The notes: generated by a model from the sequence alone, not told the origin. A DNA stretch of 64,000 nucleotides from Eledone cirrhosa (GCA_964016885.1 OZ024759.1:12710001-12774000); one strand, 5' to 3'; shown: positions 13,256 to 25,578, counted from the first letter of the stretch. Numbers and translations are program-made.

Positions 13256-14745
13256 GAGACTTCTAGTGTCCTTGGCCCCAGGACCACCTCCCTACTCACC
13301 CCCATTGGCACAGAGTTGGCTACCCGCAGGTGTGAGACTTCTGGTGTCCTTGGCCCCAGGACCACCTCCCTACTCACCCCCACTGGCACTGAGTTGGCTA
13401 CCCGCAGGTGTGAGACTTCTGGTGTCCTTGGCCCTAGGACCACCTCCCTACTCACCCCCACTGGCACTGAGTTGGCTACCCGCAGGTGTGAGACTTCTGG
13501 TGTCCTTGGCCCTAGGACCACCTCCCTACTCACCCCCACTGGCACTGAGTTGGCTACCCGCAGGTGTGAGACTTCTGGTGTCCTTGGCCCTAGGACCACC
13601 TCCCTACTCACCCCCACTGGCACTGAGTTGGCTACCCGCAGGTGTGAGACTTCTGGTGTCCTTGGCCCTAGGACCACCTCCCTACTCACCCCCACTGGCA
13701 CTGAGTTGGCTACCCGCAGGTGTGAGACTTCTGGTGTCCTTGGCCCCAGGACCACCTCCCTACTCACCCCCACTGGCACTGAGTTGGCTACCCACAGGTG
13801 TGAGACTTCTGGTGTCCTTGGCCCTAGGTCCACCTCCCTACTCACCCCCACTGGCACTGAGTTGGCTACCCGCAGGTGTGAGACTTCTGGTGTCCTTGGC
13901 CCTAGGACCACCTCCCTACTCACCCCCACTGGCACTGAGTTGGCTACCCGCAGGTGTGAGACTTCTGGTGTCCTTGGCCCTAGGACCACCTCCCTACTCA
14001 CCCCCACTGGCACTGAGTTGGCTACCCGCAGGTGTGAGACTTCTGGTGTCCTTGGCCCCAGGACCACCTCCCTACTCACCCCCACTGGCACAGAGTTGGC
14101 TACCCGCAGGTGTGAGACTTCTGGTGTCCTTGGCCCTAGGACCAACTCCCTACTCACCCCCACTGGCACAGAGTTGGCTACCCGCAGGTGTGAGACTTCT
14201 GGTGTCCTTGGCCCCAGGACCACCTCCCTACTCACCCCCACTGGCACTGAGTTGGCTACCCGCAGGTGTGAGACTTCTGGTGTCCTTGGCCCCAGAACCA
14301 ACTCCCTACTCACCCCCACTGGCACTGAGTTGGCTACCCGCAGGTGTGAGACTTCTGGTGTCCTTGGCCCCAGGACCACCTCCCTACTCACCCCCACTGG
14401 CACAGAGTTGGCTACCCGCAGGTGTGAGACTTCTGGTGTCCTTGGCCCCAGGACCACCTCCCTACTCACCCCCACTGGCACAGAGTTGGCTACCCACAGG
14501 TGTGAGACTTCTGGTGTCCTTGGCCCCAGGACCACCTCCATACTCACCCCCACTGGCACAGAGTTGGCTACCCGCAGGTGTGAGACTTCTGGTGTCCTTG
14601 GCCCTAGGACCACCTCCCTACTCACCACCACTGGCACATAGTTGGCTACCCGCAGGTGTGAGACTTCTGGTGTCCTTGGCCCTAGGACCACCTCCCTACT
14701 CACCCCCACTGGCACAGAGTTGGCTACCCGCAGGTATGAGACCCA
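13256..14745. repeat. GC-rich 78-bp satellite, about 19 units
   Basis: Period 78 (13256 to 13334); near-identical units; source of the 462-538 aa repeat ORFs. Confidence 0.95.
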
Positions 14746-14924
14746 CAAGCTGGAATGGCTCTTCCAATGCATCTCCCTCACCTTCCTCTTTGGAAAACGC
14801 CTTCTCTCTTCTGTCTTCCAGCATGTGGGACCCTATTTGCTTCTAATAGTGAGAGAGACGGTGGCAGTGATAATGGGCATTTGATTCCCTTATGTCCAGA
14901 CCTAATATATATCATTTCATTTTT

Positions 14925-15262
14925 TCATCATCATTTCATTTTACGTCCACTTTTCCCTGCTTGCAAGGGTGGGGCGGGAACTGATTCTGGCTTGATTTCT
15001 ACAGCTGGATGCCCTTCCTAACACCAACCTCATTTACAGTGAGTGCTGGGTGCTTTTTTGCCGTGGCACCTCCACGACCACTTTGCAGTGGAATGATAGG
15101 GACCCCAGTCCCTATCATCTCATTTCTACAGCTGAGTAAACTGGAGCAATGTGAAATAAAGTGTCTTGCTCAAGGAAACAACACATCACCCGGTCTGAGA
15201 ATTGAACTCACAACCTTTCGATTGCAAGGCCAATGCTCTAACCACTAAGCCATGTGCCTCCA
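14925..15262 (-). mobile_element. tRNA-derived SINE family 1 (RTE tail)
   Basis: Reverse complement of 24908-25247. Confidence 0.9.
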
Positions 15263-15319
15263 TATATGTATATATTTATTTACCACACCGCATATACCAT
15301 CTCATTCCAATTCACTTAA

Positions 15320-15524
15320 CCCTTTGGCATTTAAACTGGCCATATTCGGCCACTGTCCCACCTTTTCCTGTTCAAACCGCCTGTAACTGGCCACTCATAC
15401 TGATGTTAAGGTATTATTCTCAAAATAAATAACATCAAAATCTCATAGATTCGATATTATGTGAGGTAAAGCCTTTACCGTGAAAATACAATAGTATATA
15501 TAGAGTAATGTAAATGGTAAAGGG
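15320..15524 (-). mobile_element. piggyBac-type MITE
   Basis: TTAA on both sides (15316-15319, 15525-15528); CCCTTT...AAAGGG TIR. Confidence 0.88.
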
Positions 15525-15949
15525 TTAACAAAGGTTCTTACATCAAATAGTTTTTGTATGATATAAGCAGCGATGTTTGGAACATAACTTAACAAAGGTT
15601 CTTACAGCAGGGGTTGTTTCTAATGGTTAGCATGATAAGTCAGGTGCATGGGACTGTTGTGATGTGACATAAATTCTACTTTTTGGAATGAAAGATGACA
15701 AAATAATGAACTATTATCTAGTAGGAAGGTATTATGAGGCTAATCACCTGATAACAATGGATGGACATTGAGAAGATATGCCAAAAAATCTGTAACTAAT
15801 GAGGATAACAATGACCCACAGTTAACGATACAAATATAACGAAGCTATTGTTTATCATTTGTATATATTATTTTATCATTGTTGAAATAGGCAAGCATTC
15901 ATTTTGTTGGGTTGCTTAGGATTGTTTTATCACTATGGAAATAGATCAA

Positions 15950-17090
15950 ATGTTATTTACAGCTCACACCTATGTAGGTTTAACTGACCTCCTACAAGGT
16001 TGTATCTCAGTCCTATGTTGTTGTTACAGCTTACACCAATGCAATGTAGTTGGTTACATCTCATAGGAGGTTTCTTGTGTGTTTTAATGATAGTAACTCC
16101 AGTCCTATTGTTGTTACAACTCACATCTATGTAGGTTTAGATGGCCTCATACTGGATCACATCTCATAGAAGGTTTCTTGTGTGTTTTAATGATAGTAAC
16201 TCCAGTCCTATTGTTGTTACAACTCACATCTATGTAGGTTTAGATGGCCTCATACTGGATCACATCTCATAGAAGGTTTCTTGTGTGTTTTAATGATAGT
16301 AACTCCAGTCCCATTGTTGTTACAACTCACATCTATGTAGGTTTAGATGGCCTCATACTGGATCACATCTCATAGAAGGTTTCTTGTGTGTTTTAATGAT
16401 AGTAAGTCCAGTCCCATTGTTGTTACAACTCACATCTATGTAGCTTTAGATGGCCTCATACTGGATCACATCTCATAGAATGTTTCTTGTGTGTTTTAAT
16501 GATAGTAACTCCAGTCCTATTGTTGTTACAACTCACACCTATGTAGCTTTAGATGGCCTCATACTGGATCACATCTCATAGGAGGTTTCTTGTGTGTTTT
16601 AATGATAGTAACTCCAGTCCCATTGTTGTTACAACTCACATCTATGTAGGTTTAGATGGCCTCATACTGGATCACATCTCATAGAAGGTTTCTTGTGTGT
16701 TTTAATGATAGTAACTCCAGTCCTATTGTTGTTACAACTCACATCTATGTAGGTTTAGATGGCCTCATACAAGGTTGTATCTCATAGGAGGTTTCTTGTG
16801 TGTTTTAATGATAGTAACTCCAGTCCCATTGTTGTTACAACTCACACCTATGTAGCTTTAGATGGCCTCATACTGGATCACATCTCATAGGAGGTTTCTT
16901 GTGTGTTTTAATGATAGTAACTCCAGCCCCATTGTTGTTACAACTCACATCTATGTAGGTTTAGATGGCCTCCTACTGGATCACATCTCATAGGAGGTTT
17001 CTTGGGTGTTTTAATGATAAGGACCCCAGTCATATCATATTGTTACAGCTCCCACCTCTGTAGGATTAGGTGTCCTCCTACAAGGTTGTA
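15950..17090. repeat. 103-bp satellite, about 10 units; diverged copies to about 17720
   Basis: Period 103 (16081 to 16184). Confidence 0.9.
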
Positions 17091-17815
17091 TTAGCTGGTC
17101 ACCTACAAGATCACAGAGGAGGTTTTTGTTTGAAGTAGTTAAACTAGAGATAAATTATTTGATTGACATTTGAGCCTGTCATTTCAGTTATCTAAAAAAA
17201 TGTAATGCTGAGTCATGGCTTTGATAACATCTACAAATATTTCTCTGTTGAAACTGTCAAATACTTTCTTTTCTCTTCTTCACTGTTTTTAATTCTTGTT
17301 TGTTGTATTTATTGTTGCTGTTATTGTTGTCACATATTTTCATTGTCAAATGTTTTCAGATAATTTTTCTGGGCAAGCATGCATGACGCAACATAGCATA
17401 ACTTTACATTTTGGTGTATCACAATACAGTAGCCCCTCCACATACAGTTGTTGTAGTGGTGACAGTGGCTTAACTGACCTTCTTCATGATTGTATTTCTT
17501 ATGTGTTCTAATGATAGAAACCCCAAGTCCTATCATGTTACAGTTCATGCCCATGTAGGACTAGCTGGCTTTCTACAAGGTTGTATCTCACTGCAGGTTT
17601 CTAGAGTTTTTTTAATAATAGAGGCCACAGTCCCATCATGTTACAGACGACACCCATGTAGGTTTAGTTGAGCTTTTATGAGGTTATATCTTGTGAAAAG
17701 TTTCTCGCGTGTTTTAATGACAGGTGATTTTCTAAGATAGAAGGAAAAGAATTGAGCTGAGAGAGGCCACTTTCAATGCCTTTGATGACGGTAATCTGTG
17801 ACTTTTATGTTGGGC

Positions 17816-18300
17816 TTATTCCCAGAGTTACCCTAGGGGTTCTTCCCCAACCTTATTGGTGAGGCTTATTCCCAGAGTTACCCTAGGGTGGTTTTCTCCA
17901 GCCCTATTGGTGAGGTTTATTCTCAGAGTTACCCTAGGGTGGTCTTCTCCAGCCCTATTGGTGAGGTTTATTCTCAGAGTTACCCTAGGGTGGTCTTCTC
18001 CAGCCCTATTGGTGAGGTTTATTCTCAGAGTTACCCTAAGGTAGTCTTCTTCAGCCCTATTGGTGAGGTTTATTCCCAGAGTTACCCTAGGGTGGTCTTC
18101 TCCAGCCCTATTGGTGAGGTTTATTCTCAGAGTTACCCTAAGGTAGTCTTCTTCAGCCCTATTGGTGAGGTTTATTCCCAGAGTTACCCTAGGGTGGTCT
18201 TCTCCAGCCCTATTGGTGAGGTTTATTCCCAGAGTTACCCTAGGGTGGTCTTCTTCAGCCCTATTGGTGAGGTTTATTCCCAGAGTTACCCTAGGGTGGT
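17816..18300. repeat. 51-bp minisatellite, about 9 units
   Basis: ttattcccagagttaccctagggtggtcttctccagccctattggtgaggt. Confidence 0.92.
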
Positions 18301-18359
18301 CTACCCCCATCCTCTGCTGTCCTGTGTCATCTTGAATGTTTTCTCCATGTTTACCCTGC

Positions 18360-18717
18360 TTGGTTACAGAATTGGTAGAGCATTGGGCAAAATGCTTTGC
18401 AATATTTGATCCAGCTCTATACATTCTGAGGTCAAATCCCTTTTCATGCTTCAGGGGTTGATAAAATAAAGTACCAGTGAAGTATTGGGTCGATATAATC
18501 GACTTGACCCTTCCTCCAATATGGCTGGCCTTGTGTCAATGTTAGAAAAAATTATTAGTATTATTATTATTAGTAGTAGTAGTATGGCAGTGGATTGGCA
18601 GTATTAGTAGATCGTGAGGTAAGATACTTTGCTGTATTTAGTTAGATCTTTCTACATTCTGAGTTCAGATCCCACCCAGAGCAACTTCTCCCTTCCCCCA
18701 AATTGTTAGCCTGGTGC
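18360..18717 (+). mobile_element. Two SINE family 2 copies
   Basis: A-box-like tggcagtattagtag, B-box-like gagttcagatcc, gataaaataaagtaccagt. Confidence 0.7.
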
Positions 18718-18721
18718 TTAA

Positions 18722-19280
18722 CCCTTTAGCGTTCACATTACTCTATATATACTATTATATTTTCATGGTAAAGGCTTTACCTCACATAATATCTCACATA
18801 ACATTTACATTACTCTATATATACTATTGTATTTTCATGGCAAAGGCTTTACCTCACATAATATCTCACATTACTCTATATATACTATTGTATTTTCATG
18901 GCAAAGGCTTTACCTCACATAATATCTCACATAACATTTACATTACTCTATATATACTATTGTATTTTCACAGTAAAGGCTTTACCTCACATAATATCTC
19001 ACATAACATTTACATTACTCTATATATACTATTATATTTTCATGGCAAAGGCTTTACCTCACATAATATCTCACATAACATTTACATTACTCTATATATA
19101 CTATTGTATTTTCATGGTAAAGGCTTTACCTCACATAATTATCTCACATAATATCGAATCTATGAGATTTTGAAAGTATTTATTTTGAGAACAATACCTT
19201 AACATCGGTTTGAGTGACCAGTTACAGCCAGTTTCAACAGAAAGAGGTAGAGAATTCTGGCCGGTTTGAACACTAAAGGG
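18722..19280 (+). mobile_element. piggyBac-type MITE with internal tandem expansion, ending 56 bp before the exon 2 acceptor
   Basis: TTAA flanks (18718-18721, 19281-19284); segment of about 80 bp repeated about 5 times. Confidence 0.88.
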
Positions 19281-19336
19281 TTAAATCAGAAATGTTTATT
19301 CGTGTTATTAATGCTATTATTATTATTAATTTGAAG

Positions 19337-19507
19337 GTGATGGTAGGTGAATTGCCAGATGATTTTCTGCGGGTTTCCTCAAACCCCACCGAACAACAAA
19401 TTGCAGCTGATGAACGAGTGGCCCAGATTCTACAGGCCCAGCACCAAGCTGGGATGTCTTTTGTAGCTGGCAGTGTTGCTGGTCGTCTTAGTATTAAAAT
19501 AGTTACA
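19337..19507 (+). CDS. TOLLIP: TOLLIP coding exon (equivalent to exon 2; Tom1-binding region and start of C2)
   Basis: ttgaag|GTG acceptor, ACA|gtaagt donor; 171 nt, phase 0/0; VMVGELPDDFLRV...AGRLSIKIVT matches TOLLIP VYIGELPQDFLRI...VGRLNITVV. Confidence 0.95.
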
Positions 19508-19574
19508 GTAAGTATTAAGTTAAACATTGTTATATTATTATAAACCATTGCAATATATCACACATACATACATT

Positions 19575-20245
19575 GGTGTCACGAGCCAAAGTACCCAGTC
19601 CTCACTGTAAAGTAGTCATGGAGGTGTCACAAAAAAAAGCACCCAGTCCTCACTGGAAAGTGGTCGTGTAGGTGTCACAAAAAAAAAGCACCCAGTCCGC
19701 ACTGTAAAGTGTTCATGTAGGTGTCACAACAATAAGCACCCAGTCCTCACTGTAAAGTGGTCGTGTTGGTGTCACAACAAAAAACACCCAGTCCTCACTG
19801 TAAAGTAGTCATGGAGGTGTCACAAAAAAAAAGCACCCAGTCCGCACTGGAAAGTGGTCGTGTAGGTGTCACAAAAAAAAAGCACCCAGTCCACACTGTA
19901 AAGTGTTCATGTAGGTGTCACAAAAAAAAAGCACCCAGTCCACACTGTAAAGTGTTCATGTAGGTGTCACGACAAAAAGCACCCAGTCCTCACTGTAAAG
20001 TGTTCATGTAGGTGTCACGACAAAAAGCACCCAGTCCTCACTGTAAAGTGTTCATGTAGGTGTCACGACAAAAAGCACCCAGTCCTCACTGTAAATGTGG
20101 TTGGCATTAGGAAAGGTATTAAACCATAACAACCAAGCCAGAAACAGTTCTGTATGAGCAAGTCATGGTCATCTGGCTTATCTCACAATGGGGCAACTCA
20201 TCTAACCCATGCTAGCATTGAAAATGGATATTAAATGATGATAAT
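19575..20245 (+). mobile_element. SINE family 1 variant with internal ~45-bp VNTR
   Basis: aaaaagcacccagtcctcactgtaaagtg...gtgtcac repeats running into the SINE 3' part (ctaacccatgctagc...aaatgatgat). Confidence 0.8.
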
Positions 20246-20473
20246 GTATATATTTGGTCCGCTAGTGTTCGTTGATCAGTAAATGTTTACCAGTTGTACT
20301 TGTCGATCAATTAATACTTGTGTATGCAGGTTTTAGGACTCAACGTAGTGTAGTTTCTAGATTGTGATATATAATCATTCAGGTTTATGTACAATGGAGT
20401 GTCTATATATAGATGAAGAATAAGGCAGTATTCTGGAATCTTATATATATATATCTATATATATATATATATA

Positions 20474-21141
20474 GCCCACACTGTAAAGTGGATGTGTAAA
20501 AGACACAGCAAAAAGCACCCAGCCCACACTGTCAATGTGGTTGGCATTAGGAAGGACATCCAGCCAGAAACACCCCTTTATGAGTGACACACAGTCACCC
20601 GACACAACTTGCCTCAAAATAGGACCCGCCAAACCCATGCTAGCATGGAAGATGGATGTTAATCGATGATGATGATGATATATCATCATCATCATCATCA
20701 TCATCAGCACTGTTTAACATCCATTTATCCACACTAACATGGGTTAAACGAGTTGTCCTGTAGTGAGAAATGTCGGGTCAGGTGACCATGTCTTGCTCAT
20801 ACAGAACTGATTTGGGCTTGGTTTCTACGGCTGGCACAGAATGTTAAGGGGTTTTATATTTTTCATTCATTTTTTTCATTTTACGTCCGCTTTTCCCTGC
20901 TTGCAAGGGTGGGATGGGAACTGATTCTGGCTTGATTTCTACAGCTGGATGCCCTTCCTAACACCAACCTCATTTACAGTGAGTGCTGGGTGCTTTTTTT
21001 TTCCGTGGCGCCTACACCACCACTTTACAGTGGAATGATAGGGACCCCAGTCCTATCATCTCATTTCTACAGCTGAGTAAACTGGAGCAATGTGAAATAA
21101 CGTGTCCCGGTCTGAGAATTGAACTCACAACCTTTCGATTG
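20474..21141. mobile_element. Cluster of SINE family 1 fragments in both orientations
   Basis: + copy 20474-20680; - copies about 20690-20835 and 20870-21141. Confidence 0.78.
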
Positions 21142-21160
21142 CATATATATATATTTTTTA

Positions 21161-21356
21161 AATTATGTAATAAATAACACAATATAATTATTCCATTACC
21201 CAAAGTTACGCAAAGTTAGACATTTCTAACAGAGACGTCTGTTTCATTCATCAGGTGAAATATCTTTGATGAGTGACATCAGACGCTTCTGTTAGAATCG
21301 TCTAACTTCTCGAAACCTTGGGTAATGGAATAACTATATTGTGTTATTACATAATT
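21161..21356. repeat. Imperfect fold-back of about 195 bp
   Basis: Arms of about 90 bp, aattatgtaa...tcattcatca / tgatgagtga...ttacataatt. Confidence 0.88.
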
Positions 21357-21514
21357 AAATAGCTCTGTACTCTACATAGAGCACTCTTCTTTCCTGTACC
21401 TTTTCTACGGAAATACTTAACACACACACACACACACACACATATATATCCAAACTGAACTTAAAACGATAAGTTCTTGTTTTTGGAATGTCACTATTTA
21501 TAAAACAACTTTTG

Positions 21515-21575
21515 TATTTTATCTGATGAAAGCATACAAAAGTTTTGGTACCCTTGAAATATATATAATAAAATA
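21515..21575 (+). ncRNA. Type-I hammerhead ribozyme motif, same family
   Basis: Stem I TATTTTAT/ATAAAATA (8 WC bp); CTGATGA (21523-21529); stem II AAG..TAC/GTA..CTT; GAAA (21556-21559); palindromic ATATATAT; AUA triplet. Confidence 0.68.
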
Positions 21576-21672
21576 AATATGGTTTTATAAATGTAGTTTC
21601 CATTTATTTAATATCATTGATATATATATATATATAATATATATATAATTTATGATATAATGTGTTTTTCAG

Positions 21673-21806
21673 GCTCAATTAACCAAAAACTATGGCATTA
21701 TGAAGATGGACCCCTACTGCCGTATCCGAGTAGGACATGCTGTGTTTGAGACTCCAACTTCGTATAATGGAGCTAAACTTCCTTCCTGGAATAAATGTGT
21801 TCAGTG
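21673..21806 (+). CDS. TOLLIP: TOLLIP coding exon (C2 domain)
   Basis: tttttcag|GCT acceptor, TG|gtgagt donor; [44 protein letters not shown] matches [41 protein letters not shown]; absent from the ORF track. Confidence 0.96.
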
Positions 21807-21904
21807 GTGAGTTGAGTCATTAGACTTTGATGATACACCTTCATTAATTTCAGGAACCTTCCTTGTTTTAATTTGGTTTGGTTTTTAACATTGTTAAAAT
21901 TTGT

Positions 21905-22315
21905 TTACACGCAAAACCCACACACCAACACACACACACACACATCAACACACACACACCAACACACATCAACACATAAACACATCAACACATAAACACA
22001 CAAAACACACACACACACACCAACACACCAACACACACATCAACACATAAACACACAAAACACACACACACACCAACACACATAAACACACAAAACACAC
22101 ACACACCAACACACCAACAAACACACAAAACACACACACATCAACACATAAACACACAAAACACACACACACCAACACACACATCAATACATAAACACAC
22201 AAAACACACACACACACATCAACACATAAACACACACACACCAACACACCAACACACAAAACACACACACACACATCAACACATAAACCCACAAAACCCA
22301 CACACCAACACACTG
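21905..22315. repeat. CA-rich compound microsatellite
   Basis: (AC)n with ccaac/ataaac interruptions. Confidence 0.9.
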
Positions 22316-22574
22316 TTTTCATCCTCTACTGCCATGTTTTTCTTCATATAAACCCTTTGTGGTTAATTGGCAATATTGGTAGAGCGTCAGACACCATGCT
22401 TTGCAGCATAGTTACCCCCACCCCCCTCACTTCCTCTCTACCCCACCCACACTCCATGCACCCCCCCCCCTTCTCCCAATTAAAATATCAACAATATCTA
22501 CTCCACTTTAACATCAATCAAATAAAATCAAACAATCAATTTCCTACAACTCTATCTCTCTTATTTTGTAACAG

Positions 22575-22623
22575 TTACCTTCCAGTTGGCGTGGACAGTA
22601 TGTATCTTGAAATCTTCGATGAG
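22575..22623 (+). CDS. TOLLIP: TOLLIP coding exon (C2 domain, 49 nt)
   Basis: taacag|T acceptor (phase 2, completes TGT), GAG|gtgagt donor; YLPVGVDSMYLEIFDE matches TVPPGVDSFYLEIFDE. Confidence 0.95.
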
Positions 22624-22742
22624 GTGAGTTTTACAACATCAACATTCCTTATTTTTGTTACCTTTAATATAGTTTGCTGACATATGTACCTGTGTATATG
22701 GAGCAAGAGACTCCTAGTCTTCATTTAAACATCTCTCTAGAA

Positions 22743-23074
22743 CAGTGTTTCTCAACCGGTGTTCCCCGGAACCCTAGGATTCCGCAAGAGGTTGCTAGGG
22801 GTTCCGCGAGAACCAGTGATAAATAAACTAATGTATTTTTTAAAAGTAATTTTTGTTTAATTTTATATTCGTAATTTTACTATGTATTTACGGCATATTG
22901 TCGGAAAATCCTTGTTTATTTTAAGAAAGGCTTCAACCTCTTATATTATTTAAAACTAGGTCAATATAAGAGATAGATATTAATAATGGTATATAATAAT
23001 TTTTATGTAGGGGTTCCCTGAGACATGAACCTATATCAAGGGTTCCACAAGGGTAAAAAGGTTGAGAAACGCTG
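22743..23074. mobile_element. hAT Charlie/Buster-type MITE, 332 bp
   Basis: 15-bp TIR CAGTGTTTCTCAACC / GGTTGAGAAACGCTG; perfect 8-bp TSD CTCTAGAA (22735-22742, 23075-23082), fitting the NTCTAGAN preference. Confidence 0.93.
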
Positions 23075-23344
23075 CTCTAGAAGGTCACTCATATAAAACC
23101 TGTGACTTTGTTTGCACCCAATGATGTAGACCAGTTCTTCTTTTTGGGAAAATACATTCAATGTTCAGAGAGTGAGATTGGCCCCATGCAAAGTCTTTCC
23201 TCACTTAAAAAAATTTCAAGCACAGGCATTGCTTGACATGTGACATTTTTTGTGATGCATGATATTCCTGGCCATAGTCAAGTCCCTAGCAGAACTAAAA
23301 TGTGATACAGTCATAGTGTTTTGTACTTTTCAAGAATGTGTTGC

Positions 23345-23745
23345 TAATGGGGTTTAATTCAAATGTATGATACAGTCACAGAATGTCTTAATAATGGGGT
23401 TTAATTCAAATGTATGATACAGTCACAGAATGTCTTAATAATGGGGTTTAATTCAAATGTATGATACAGTCACAGAATGTCTTAATAATGTGGTTTAATT
23501 CAAATGCTTGATACAGTCACAGAATGTCTTAATAATGGGGTTTAATTCAAATGTATGATACAGTCACAGAATGTCTTAATAATGGGGTTTAATTCAAATG
23601 TATGATACAGTCACAGAATGTCTTAATAATGTGGTTTAATTCAAATGCTTGATACAGTCACAGAATGTCTTAATAATGGGGTTTAATGCAAATGTATGAT
23701 ACAGTCATAGAATGTCTTAATAATGGGGTTTAATTCAAATGTTTA
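23345..23745. repeat. 47-bp minisatellite, about 8-9 units
   Basis: aatggggtttaattcaaatgtatgatacagtcacagaatgtcttaat. Confidence 0.92.
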
Positions 23746-23876
23746 TAGTATCTTTACTAGTGGACAGATTGTTGTAAAGACTTCAATATTTATCATGATA
23801 GTCACAGAAAGTCTTACTAATGTGGTTTGACGACAAAGGTGTTATGTGTTGAGTATTATTTCTATTTGTATTTCAG

Positions 23877-24029
23877 AGATCTTTTACTGTTGATGATAGG
23901 ATAGCATGGTGTCACGTCACAATACCCCAGTCTGTATTGAATGGTGACGTCATAGATGACTGGTACCCTCTTAGTGGAAGGCAAGGCGAAGAAAAGGAAG
24001 GCATGATTAATCTTGTTTTATCTTTTACA
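23877..24029 (+). CDS. TOLLIP: TOLLIP coding exon (end of C2, with two W-x-x-hydrophobic LIR/AIM-like motifs)
   Basis: tttcag|AGA acceptor, ACA|gtgagt donor; 153 nt; [51 protein letters not shown] matches RAFSMDDRIAWTHITIP...[22 protein letters not shown]. Confidence 0.97.
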
Positions 24030-24049
24030 GTGAGTACAACTTTTATTGC

Positions 24050-24121
24050 CACCACCATCATCATCATCATGAAGATCACTGTCATCATCATCATCATTAT
24101 CATCATCATCATCATCAACAC

Positions 24122-24155
<34 letters not shown>

Positions 24156-24478
24156 TATCAACACTGTCATTATTTTCATTGCCATCAACATCTTCATCAT
24201 TGTGAACATCACCATTATCATCATCATCACCATTATCAACATCAACATCACCATTATCAACATCATCACCATCATTATCAACATCAACATTATCAACATC
24301 ATCATTATCAACATCAACATTATCAACATCATCATCATCATTATCAACATCATCATCACCATTATCAACATCAACACCACCATTATCAACATCATCACCA
24401 TCATTATCAACATCATCACCATCATTATGAACAGTCATTATTTTCATCAACACTGTCATCATCATCATCATCATCACA
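24050..24478. repeat. (CAT/CAA/CAC)n trinucleotide tract
   Basis: Starts about 20 nt after the 24029 donor. Confidence 0.9.
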
Positions 24479-24592
24479 GCCGGGCCAGATCAATACAGAT
24501 CGAACCTTGAGCTGATCAATAGCGAAACGCTATGAAGGCTTATGAAGTAATGAAGGTTTAACAAATCATCCTTGTATTATTATATTACACAA

Positions 24593-24785
24593 GGGCTGTG
24601 GATTGGCAGTATCGGTAGAGGGTCGGACGTCGTGCTTTCTAGCATAGAGTTACGGCCCTTTCCATTCTGAGTTCAAATCCCGCCAAGGTCAACTTTGCCT
24701 TTCATCCTTACGGGGTCGATAAAATAAAGTACCAGTAATGTACTGGGTAATTGCTGGCCTTGTGCCTTACGTAGAAACAATTATT
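24593..24785 (+). mobile_element. SINE family 2 (other copies about 2716-2865, 44767-44945, 46941-47310, 50835-50960, 51500-51720)
   Basis: tggcagtatcggtagag A box; gagttcaaatccc B box; ggtcaactttgcctttcatccttacggggtcgataaaataaagtaccagt core. Confidence 0.85.
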
Positions 24786-24907
24786 ATATTACACTCTGTC
24801 TAGCTCGACACCTCACCACAGACGTGAACCTAAACATGGAGTGCTCACCTGGGTGAACCTACAGTACCTTCACGTTACACTCCCTGGATATATATATATA
24901 TATATGT

Positions 24908-25247
24908 AGGCACATGGCTTAGTGGTTAGAGCATTGGTCTTGGAATCGAAAGGTTGTGAGTTCAATTCTCAGACCGGGTGATGTGTTGTTTCCTTGAGCA
25001 AGACACTTTATTTCACATTGCTCCAGTTTACTCAGCTGTAGATATGAAATGATAGGGACTGGGGTCCCTATCATTCCACTGTAAAGTGGTCGTGGAGGTG
25101 CCACGGCAAAAAAGCACCCAGCACTCACTGTAAATGAGGTTGGTGTTAGGGAGGGCATCCAGCTGTAGAAGTCAAGCCAGAATCAGTTCCCGTCCCACCC
25201 TTGCAAGCAGGGAAAAGCGGACGTAAAATGATGATGATGATGATGAT
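24908..25247 (+). mobile_element. Full-length tRNA-derived SINE family 1
   Basis: tRNA-like head (TGGCTTAGTGG A box, GAGTTCAATTC B box), ccttgagcaagacacttta core, RTE-like tail and (GAT)n. Confidence 0.92.
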
Positions 25248-25534
25248 ATATATATATATAACATTAATATAACAACTTCACAGTTAAAGGACTAACATTT
25301 ATTATATAATTGACAGGTGGTTTGCCAATTAACAGGTAAACAAAATCTAGAAATTCTAGCCCAATAGTATTTATAAATTCAATTTCCAATATATTGCGAC
25401 AGCACCGTGGTAAATCAGCTCCTCAGAACTTAACAATGTTTACATTTCTGAAGGTTGTCTGTAACACATACCTGTAGATTGTTATATAATAAATCTTAGT
25501 CCTTTAACTGTGATATTATATCCATGTTACTTAT

Positions 25535-25578
<44 letters not shown>

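Noticed and set aside
24030-24515. Poly-Ile/His extension of the TOLLIP exon
   Set aside because: Read-through past a strong gtgagt donor into a (CAT)n tract
24908-24980. tRNA gene
   Set aside because: tRNA-like head continues into the SINE body and LINE-derived tail; multiple dispersed copies
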